From the NCBI GenBank assembly GCA_024275825.1, contig JAJRYK010000020.1, positions 181,861-245,860 of the forward strand: DNA of 64,000 nucleotides, written 5' to 3'. Origin of the DNA: Alphaproteobacteria bacterium (lineage in GTDB: Bacteria; Pseudomonadota; Alphaproteobacteria; Micavibrionales; Micavibrionaceae). Position 1 is the first letter of the stretch. The number at the start of each line of letters is the position of its first letter. The notes beneath the pieces are model-generated. The model was not told the origin of the DNA, made no database searches, and saw only the letters and a list, made by a program, of their open reading frames with translations. Shown piece by piece: positions 57,940 to 64,000 of the stretch. The translations under genes were made by a program, and so were the position numbers.

Positions 57940-58686
57940 CTATGGATCAGTCGGAGGGTCGTCCGTATCTGTGTCATCCGTATCGTCTGTGTCATCTATA
58001 TCATCCGGGGGCGGGAGCACGTCTGGCTCAACCACGCTGATGATATTGCCGAGTGAAATTGCACGCTCGCCAACCAGAACGAACAGGCCGCCATTTTGTG
58101 TTTCAATGCCGCGTACGGTGCCGCTGACAACGATTGTGCTGCTGACCGCCTGGTCATCAATGTCGAGCGCGTCAATGATAACTTCGTATGTGCCGGGCTC
58201 TGCAATATCGCCGTTTGTTGTTGTGCCGTCCCATGTGAATTCCTGACGGCCAGTTGAGCGATCAATGTCTTCTTCGAAAATAATTTCACCGGCTTCGTCC
58301 TTGATTCTGATTTTGGCAAAAACAGCATCGCCGTTAAGCGCATATTTTATTTCGACAGGCTTTACGCCATCAAAGTTGAATTCCGGGCTGATATAGGTGA
58401 CCTCTTTGCCGATATATTGGAGTGATTCTCCAAGGGCACTCGAAAGCTCCAGCGCAACAAGGCTGTCGAGTTTCTGGTTTGTGTTGATCTGCTGTTCTAC
58501 GCCCGTAAAGGCCACGAGCTGGTTTGTGAATTCGGTGGTGTCCATCGGGGAAAGTGGGTCCTGGTTCTGCAGCTGCACGGTGAGCAGGTTTAGGAATTGG
58601 GCAAAATCGTCACCCAGCTGCGTTCCCGCATTGGCTGTGTTTTGTTGCTGCCCGAGGGCTGTGCCTACTGTTACATCGCTAACCAT
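57940..58686 (-). CDS. flgD: Hook capping/scaffold protein FlgD with an acidic D/T-rich tail
   Basis: FLNLLTVQLQNQDPLSPMDTTEFTNQLVAFTGVEQ. The C-terminal tail is PPPDDIDDTDDTDDTDTDDPPTDP. Confidence 0.9.
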   Translation of the reverse strand: MVSDVTVGTALGQQQNTANAGTQLGDDFAQFLNLLTVQLQNQDPLSPMDTTEFTNQLVAFTGVEQQINTNQKLDSLVALELSSALGESLQYIGKEVTYISPEFNFDGVKPVEIKYALNGDAVFAKIRIKDEAGEIIFEEDIDRSTGRQEFTWDGTTTNGDIAEPGTYEVIIDALDIDDQAVSSTIVVSGTVRGIETQNGGLFVLVGERAISLGNIISVVEPDVLPPPDDIDDTDDTDDTDTDDPPTDP

Positions 58687-58737
58687 GTGTCTCGTCCTTG
58701 TATTATTATCGTCTTTTTCGTCATTGCCCTGGCGTTT

Positions 58738-60396
58738 CTAAGCCAGAAGATTGTAGCGCATATGTCCGCTTTCCGGATCAACGTGCCATGTCATTGTTGT
58801 TTCTAGTGTCTCCAGATCATCGCCGGAGCCTTTTCCTTTTCCGCCATGGCTTCCATGATTGTCATGGCCTCCATTTTGGTTAAAGTCGTAGCCTTCTTGT
58901 GCAAGTTCAAAGCTAAGACCGCTATCTGCGTTTAGTCCGGAGTCTTGCAAGATCCGTTCCAAAGATCCTGAATCGCGCTGTAGCATCAAAAATGTTTCAG
59001 GTTTTTCTGAGATAAGAGTGGTTTTGAGAGTCTTGTCTTTGCCAAAGACCATGCGGACTTCGACGCGGCCAAGCTCTGGCGGATCGAGCTGCAGCGTTAT
59101 GCTCTTATTCTGCCCGCCATTCATCGATTTTTGCATGGTTGCGGCGACCATTTGTGTTGCCGGATGTGCCCGCCCGGCACTTTGTGCCTGTGTGGACATA
59201 TTGGTCAGGTTGTTTAAGCCGGTCACAGCGTAGCTTGCTGTAAATCCAGATACGCTTTCGCGCCAAATATCTGACGGAGAGAGCGGCCCCAGCAGAGCGC
59301 TTTCGATAGCGCTGAGATTGGGTAATATATGCGTGGCTTTAGCGCTTGTCACATTTGTATCCGGTGTCGCTTTCGTTTGCGCGGCACTCTTTAATGCGTC
59401 TCCAAAATTCTCTTTGGAGAACTTTGTATCCAGCGCAGCGTCAGGTTTTGACGGCCCCGTATTTTCATTGATAGCCAGTCTATTGCTTTGCGCTGGCCTA
59501 TCATCGTTACCGCCGACAACCAAGGCGTTAAGCTGTTTTGCAAGATCGGATATCTGTTTATTAAGAGCAAGGCCATTTGCCCCGTTTAACGCGACCTCAA
59601 TGGTGGCCTGTATGTTTGCATCTGCAAGAGGGGGCGTAGCCGATTTGCTGTTTGGATCAATGATTTGAAGCAATGTGGCAATAACTTTAGAGAGGGATTT
59701 TTCATCTAACTCATCCGGGATTTCAATTTTCTCGCCAGTCTTCGCGCTGATGATGTCTGAAATTTTGCGGATCTTTTGTCCGAACTCTTCGAGCTGTTGC
59801 TGGGTTAATTCGCTCTTTATCAGTGCGCTGTCACCTTGGTTATTCAGAAGATTTTCTAACTTTTTGAGAAATGTCACAAAAGATTCTCGGTCTTTTGCGC
59901 CGTCACCGGCAAAGTCTGGCCCTAATATTGCTGCTGTTTCTGCGGCGTCTCCCGCGATGGCTTGAAAGAGGCCCTCGAGATCTGTGGCTTTCACCTCGCC
60001 TGTAAACTCATCGAGCGTAATGACATTTCCATTATCCGCGCCAGCCTGTTGCAAGAGGGGTTTTATGATGTCGTTAAGGGCCTGTTTGCTGATCCCTAGC
60101 GTTTCGGCAAGGGCGCTTGTGTTGATGACTACATTGCCGCTGTCCTGCCCGCCTATGCCTGTTGTTGCCAGGATCTGGGTCATTTTCAACTTGGCGTTTT
60201 GGGACTGAAGGGTCTCAGCTGTTTTTACTTGAGAGAGCTGGCTTTGTCTGGTTTGGGCTTGCGTTAAAAGCGTATCAAAAGAGCCAAAGCCCTGACGTTG
60301 GGGTTTGGAGGTGGGTAACGCATTCTTACTGTCGCTTGCTGTTGCCTGCGTTGGTTGCGGCGCTGTTGCTGTAAATAATAAGCTGTCTATGCCCAT
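58738..60396 (-). CDS. fliK: Flagellar hook-length control protein FliK
   Basis: C-terminal Flg_hook signature ITLQLDPPELGRVEVRMVFGKDKTLKTTLISEKPETFLMLQRDSGSLERILQDSGL. Lies directly upstream of flgD-flgE. Confidence 0.85.
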   Translation of the reverse strand: MGIDSLLFTATAPQPTQATASDSKNALPTSKPQRQGFGSFDTLLTQAQTRQSQLSQVKTAETLQSQNAKLKMTQILATTGIGGQDSGNVVINTSALAETLGISKQALNDIIKPLLQQAGADNGNVITLDEFTGEVKATDLEGLFQAIAGDAAETAAILGPDFAGDGAKDRESFVTFLKKLENLLNNQGDSALIKSELTQQQLEEFGQKIRKISDIISAKTGEKIEIPDELDEKSLSKVIATLLQIIDPNSKSATPPLADANIQATIEVALNGANGLALNKQISDLAKQLNALVVGGNDDRPAQSNRLAINENTGPSKPDAALDTKFSKENFGDALKSAAQTKATPDTNVTSAKATHILPNLSAIESALLGPLSPSDIWRESVSGFTASYAVTGLNNLTNMSTQAQSAGRAHPATQMVAATMQKSMNGGQNKSITLQLDPPELGRVEVRMVFGKDKTLKTTLISEKPETFLMLQRDSGSLERILQDSGLNADSGLSFELAQEGYDFNQNGGHDNHGSHGGKGKGSGDDLETLETTMTWHVDPESGHMRYNLLA

Positions 60397-60432
60397 TTGC
60401 TTTCTCGCTTTACTCTTTGTTTATTGTTTTGC

Positions 60433-60933
60433 TTATGCTGTTTCGCTCACGCCTGTGGAGAGGATTTTCCTGTCATCAATGCCAAGCTTTCCATCCTGAG
60501 TGTAGCTGACGGCCTGCTGTTCTTTTGCCGAGTCTTTCGCTGCGTTGCGCAGGGTGTCTCCCAAACGTTCAATGCAGTTACTCATGCGCGAAAGGGCATC
60601 CAAATTTCTTTGCGAAAGCGCGGAAAACTCTTTTTGTGCTTTTTCGAGTTTTTCTTTTAAATTGGGGGTGGCCGCTTTGATTTCATTTTTGCGGTTTATC
60701 AGCTCGCTTATGCTGCTTTGGTAAGTGCTCGCGATGTCCATTTTCTTTTCTTGAAGGGCGAAGAACCCGGCCGTATCTGCATTGTCCAATGTTTCAGTCT
60801 CGCGTTCGTAAACGCTGCGTAACTGATCGATCGTCTCCATCATTTGTTGAATGGCCTGATTAGGGTCGCTTGATAGCAACCCCTTATGCGGTATTGATGT
60901 ATTTGATGATGGCGTGTTGTTGAGGTCGCGCAT
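60433..60933 (-). CDS. FlgN/FlbY-like flagellar protein (paralog B)
   Basis: 166 aa, helical. Shares the block ...YERETETLDNADTAGFFALQEKK...Y with the adjacent ORF. Its position after flgI-flgJ corresponds to flbY in Caulobacter. Confidence 0.45.
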   Translation of the reverse strand: MRDLNNTPSSNTSIPHKGLLSSDPNQAIQQMMETIDQLRSVYERETETLDNADTAGFFALQEKKMDIASTYQSSISELINRKNEIKAATPNLKEKLEKAQKEFSALSQRNLDALSRMSNCIERLGDTLRNAAKDSAKEQQAVSYTQDGKLGIDDRKILSTGVSETA

Positions 60934-60935
60934 GA

Positions 60936-61382
60936 TTAAGCTCTCTCTTCTGTGTTAAGGGGCGTAAATGTAACGGGCCTGCTTTGTGCCAGCTCTTGCA
61001 CAGTCAGCAGCGTTTTCTGTGTTGTTTTTTGTGCGTTGTCGCGAATGTGCCCCACCATGATGTTGTTTTCTTGGGAGACTTCACTGATACGCCTTTGTAG
61101 AGTTTCCAGTCTTTTAACAAGGTTGCGGTCAGCCTGGCGGAAGTCTTCCAGGCGCGCTCTAAAGGCTTCTGAAGCAAGGGCGTAGCGTTTGGCAATGATC
61201 GCTTTTTCATCCTGCAAAATGGCAAAACTCACCATGTCGTCTTGTGCGAGGGTTTGTGTCTCGCGCTCTGAAACAGCTAAAAGCATATTAGAAATTTGAA
61301 TAAGCTCACGAAGCGCCTGATCGGGGTTGTCAGGCAGTGTTGTTTTGATGTTCGTGTGTTTGGGGGCTCTAAAGTTTGTCAT
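60936..61382 (-). CDS. FlgN/FlbY-like flagellar protein (paralog A)
   Basis: 148 aa, helical, with ...SERETQTLAQDDMVSFAILQDEKAIIAKRY parallel to the neighbour. Confidence 0.45.
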   Translation of the reverse strand: MTNFRAPKHTNIKTTLPDNPDQALRELIQISNMLLAVSERETQTLAQDDMVSFAILQDEKAIIAKRYALASEAFRARLEDFRQADRNLVKRLETLQRRISEVSQENNIMVGHIRDNAQKTTQKTLLTVQELAQSRPVTFTPLNTEERA

Positions 61383-61435
61383 GTTTTTAATTGTGCTCTC
61401 TTGCTTATTTTTCTGTTGCTATTAACGCAGTGTGT

Positions 61436-61786
61436 TTATTGGTTTTGCGCGGCTTGCATTCTGATCATTTCGGTTTTGACCTGATCTGAAACGCCAATAC
61501 TTCCTGTCTCGGCGATCATTTTGCCGAACTCCTGGATTATCATGCCTCTAAAAACCTCCTCGCCCTTACCGCCGCCAAAGGGGGCTTCGGTGCTTATTCC
61601 GGCGAACATGGGTTTCATCATTTCGGCAACGAAGACCGCTTCGAAATCTTTTGCGGCCGCTTCGACTTTTTCTAAATCTTTGGCGTTCTTAAGCTGTGCA
61701 GCGGAGAGCTTGTCGGCTGCATTCGCAGCATTGCCTTGGTTGATCTGCATTAAGGCAAGATTTGTTGCTGGAGTTAGTCCGCTCAT
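61436..61786 (-). CDS. flgJ: Rod-binding protein (FlgJ N-terminal domain only; CheL-like)
   Basis: 116 aa. AAKDFEAVFVAEMMKPMF is the Rod_binding motif. Overlaps the flgI stop. Confidence 0.8.
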   Translation of the reverse strand: MSGLTPATNLALMQINQGNAANAADKLSAAQLKNAKDLEKVEAAAKDFEAVFVAEMMKPMFAGISTEAPFGGGKGEEVFRGMIIQEFGKMIAETGSIGVSDQVKTEMIRMQAAQNQ

Positions 61787-62934
61787 TACATCACCTCAAT
61801 TTCTGCTTGAAGCGCACCAGCAGTTTTGATGGCTTGCAGGATGGTGATGATGTCTTGCGGCTGCATGCCCAGGCTGTTCAGGCCGGTGACAAGATCCTGA
61901 AGTGTGACGCCGGTATTTAATTCGGCCAGGCGTACATCGCCGCCCTGATTCACGCTGACATCACTGCGCGGTACAATAACGGTCTCGCCAAGCTCGGAAA
62001 ATGGATTAGCTTGAGACACTTGCGGGGTTTCATTGATTTTAACAGTGAGGCTGCCTTGCGCGATGGCGACCTCGTTTACCCGTACATTTGCGCCGATCAC
62101 GATCACGCCGGAGCGCTCCGAGATCACCACGCGGGCGGGCTGGTCCGGCTGTACGGGCAGCTGCTCTATATCGGTAATTAAATCAACAATCGTGCCGTCG
62201 AAATCGCTGGGGCGTTTCAGGGTCACACTGGCATTATTATCCGCGCTGGCAATTTTAGAGGAGGTAAAGCCGTTAATGGCTTGGGCAATGCGGCGTGCGG
62301 TGGTGAAGTCCGGGTTTTTAAGCGCCAGCTTTACCTGTTGCAGCTCTTCGAGCTTAAAGTCTATTTCGCGCTCAACAATTGCGCCAGAGGCGATTCGGCC
62401 GGATGTTGGCGTGTTTTGCGTGATGGTTGCCGCGTCGCCCTGCACGGAGAATCCAGAGATACTAATCTCGCCCTGCGCCACGGCGTAAACTTCACCATCG
62501 GCGGCCATAAGCGGGCTGATCAACAGCGTTCCGCCGCGTAAATCAGAGGCATCACCCAAAGAGGCAATATTTACATCAATGCGTGCGCCTTGGTTGATAA
62601 AGGGGGGCAGTGTAGCGGTGATCATAACGGCAGCGACATTGCCGGTTTTCATGGATCTTAGCTCGCGGTCCGTCATCCGTACGCCCAGGCGCTCTAGCAT
62701 TGCGGTAAGGCTTTGTTTGGTAAAGGGGGAGCTTATAAGCTTGTCCCCCGTGCCATTTAAGCCAACAACCAGGCCATAGCCGACAAGCTGGTTGTCTCTT
62801 ACGCTCTCAAAATCAACGATGTCCTTGATGCGAGACGTTTTGGCCATGGCTGCGTTCATCGCGCCAAATAGAATAGCCATCGCCAGAATAAGGGTGAAGA
62901 TATAGCCAAATATGTTGTTTAAAGACAGTCTCAT
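61786..62934 (-). CDS. flgI: Flagellar P-ring protein FlgI
   Basis: Signal peptide, then IKDIVDFESVRDNQLVGYGLVVGLNGTGD. The ATG at 62934 has an AGGTG SD 6 nt upstream; the ORF opens at a GTG at 62943. Confidence 0.93.
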   Translation of the reverse strand: MRLSLNNIFGYIFTLILAMAILFGAMNAAMAKTSRIKDIVDFESVRDNQLVGYGLVVGLNGTGDKLISSPFTKQSLTAMLERLGVRMTDRELRSMKTGNVAAVMITATLPPFINQGARIDVNIASLGDASDLRGGTLLISPLMAADGEVYAVAQGEISISGFSVQGDAATITQNTPTSGRIASGAIVEREIDFKLEELQQVKLALKNPDFTTARRIAQAINGFTSSKIASADNNASVTLKRPSDFDGTIVDLITDIEQLPVQPDQPARVVISERSGVIVIGANVRVNEVAIAQGSLTVKINETPQVSQANPFSELGETVIVPRSDVSVNQGGDVRLAELNTGVTLQDLVTGLNSLGMQPQDIITILQAIKTAGALQAEIEVM

Positions 62935-63000
62935 TATATACACCTAGGCTTAAGATCGGGCATGTTTTGCCGGTCTTTTGTTCATTTCAGGTTTTAGTGA

Positions 63001-63017
63001 TGCGAGAACCGTGCCAA
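63001..63017 (-). promoter_or_regulatory. Sigma-54 (-24/-12) promoter for flgI
   Basis: The minus strand reads TTGGCACGGTTCTCGCA, against the consensus TGGCACG-N4-TTGCA. GG and GC have the correct spacing with one mismatch. It lies about 60 nt upstream of the flgI start, and flbD (the sigma-54 activator) is in the window. Confidence 0.75.
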
Positions 63018-63021
63018 TTTT

Positions 63022-63124
63022 TCAGGTCTTAGCAGGTGCTCCCTGACTGCGTTGTCACGCTCCTAAAGTCGTAGGCCTCTCGTTGTTGCTTGCGTCTTGT
63101 CAGAAAACGCCTGCTAAGACCTGA
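63022..63124. repeat. Palindromic element in the flgI-fliX divergent region (perfect 15-bp arms; core shared with 46723-46803)
   Basis: TCAGGTCTTAGCAGG (63022-63036) is the exact reverse complement of 63110-63124. The inner blocks CGCTCCTAAAGT (63058-63069) and CTCGTTGTTGCTTGCGTCT (63079-63097) match the copy upstream of flbD. Confidence 0.8.
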
Positions 63125-63242
63125 ATTTTCGCTGATTGCGCTTTTCGTGCTCTAGCGCCGCGCGTGCATGCATGCTCTATCGTGCCGATAGGCAATTTCT
63201 TCCCTCTTGCGCTTGGGGCGGGAATATAGCAAAGTTAATCTC

Positions 63243-63677
63243 ATGAAAATACAGGGATCAGGAAAAACGCAATCGGCCTCCGGCACAAAGAAAAAAGGCA
63301 ATACTTCTGGCGCAGGCGGTAGCTTTGAGGACTTTATGAGCTCTAGCGTGAAAGAAAACGCGGGCGCGGCTACCACGCAATCAATTGCCCATGTGGATGC
63401 GCTTTTGGCTGTTCAGGGGGCGGAAGACCCGACCGCGCGCGCCGCGCGCAACCGTATGCGCAAGCGCGCCGATGATGTGCTTGATGGGCTGGAGACGGTA
63501 CGTTTGGCGATGCTGGGCGGTAATTTAACTGTTGGGCATATGGTTGATATCGCCGATGTTGTGGCTTCTCACCGTGAGAAAATCAATGATCCGGCGCTCA
63601 GTGCGCTGATGGATGAGGTTGATTTGCGCGCGCAGGTTGAGCTGGCCAAAATGCGTGTGGTTCTGGATAAGGCCTAA
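63243..63677 (+). CDS. fliX: Flagellar assembly regulator FliX
   Basis: MKIQGSGKTQSASG...VDALLAVQGAEDPTARAARNRMRKRADDVLDGLETVRLAMLGG...DLRAQVELAKM is collinear with Caulobacter FliX. It is divergent from flgI, as in Caulobacter. Confidence 0.85.
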   Translation: MKIQGSGKTQSASGTKKKGNTSGAGGSFEDFMSSSVKENAGAATTQSIAHVDALLAVQGAEDPTARAARNRMRKRADDVLDGLETVRLAMLGGNLTVGHMVDIADVVASHREKINDPALSALMDEVDLRAQVELAKMRVVLDKA

Positions 63678-63816
63678 AAATCGGCCTTTTCCGCTCTTGT
63701 GGTAGTATTATCGTATCATTTTCCGCTTGTTTTCCCTTAATTCTATGCTTATATTCTCATGCTTCTTAAAGTAAATGTGTGTGATTCAAGAGATTTAAAA
63801 GCGTAAGGAATAAAAT

Positions 63817-64000
63817 ATGCCATTACCAAGCGGCGTTATCGTCCCCCAGAATTATGATCCTGAGAAGGATAAGGGCAAGTTTATGAATAAGGTCATGCAG
63901 GAGTATTTCCGCCAGCGCCTGATTGACTGGCGTGAAGAGCTGATTAAGGAATCAGAGCATACGATCAAGGAATCGCTCCAGACGACCGAGCTGCAAAAGC
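63817..64000 (+). CDS. dksA: RNA polymerase-binding transcription factor DksA (N-terminal part; continues beyond the window)
   Basis: The ATG at 63817 gives MPLPSGVIVPQNYDPEKDKGKFMNKVMQEYFRQRLIDWREELIKE, a DksA coiled-coil N-terminus. My own translation; the ORF is not in the provided track because it runs off the window. Confidence 0.75.
   Translation, partial: MPLPSGVIVPQNYDPEKDKGKFMNKVMQEYFRQRLIDWREELIKESEHTIKESLQTTELQK

Noticed and set aside
63184-63191. GCCGATAG upstream of fliX resembles the sigma-28 -10 box GCCGATAA.
   Set aside because: There is no TAAA -35 element at the required 15-nt spacing (TGCA is there instead). No fliA is seen in the window, and Caulobacter-type hierarchies do not use sigma-28.

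Overview
This window looks like a chromosomal segment of a flagellated alphaproteobacterium, judged by the CtrA/ChpT phosphorelay and Caulobacter-type flagellar regulators FlbD, FliX, FlbT and FlaF. Almost everything is on the minus strand. Content in order: (1) a cheA(hybrid)-cheW-cheY-cheB-cheR operon preceded by chpT. (2) Sugar-nucleotide genes: a PMM/PGM with an internal stop, then galU. (3) pepP, rpsU and aqpZ. (4) A yejABEF-type peptide ABC importer whose genes are physically interleaved with kdsB, a histidine phosphatase, an AT-rich orphan cassette, a nearly complete arginine cluster (argC-argB-argD-GNAT-argF ... argG ... argH), an IS1595/IS1016-like insertion and a PiT permease. (5) A TipF-like degenerate EAL protein, then pyrD, pgsA and ctrA. 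(6) About 28 kb of flagellar genes: fliIJ, flhG-flhF-flhA-flbD-motA-fliN-fliH-fliG-fliF, flaG-like, flaF-flbT, a flagellin, flgE-flgD-fliK, two FlgN/FlbY-like paralogs, flgJ-flgI, fliX and the start of dksA. I saw no rRNA, tRNA, CRISPR array or recognisable defence/toxin system, so the window is mostly core genome. The unusual points are: two otherwise intact genes each broken by one in-frame TAA (flagellin and PMM/PGM); AT-rich orphan genes inserted in the yej operon (flanked by 25-bp inverted repeats) and in the flagellar cluster; a second FliK-like proline-rich protein; a 10-bp-phased array of five TTAA motifs upstream of ctrA; a near-consensus sigma-54 promoter for flgI next to a palindromic repeat; and several families of long palindromic intergenic repeats, one of which was hit by the IS. 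All calls come from reading the sequence and ORF translations by eye. No database search was run.
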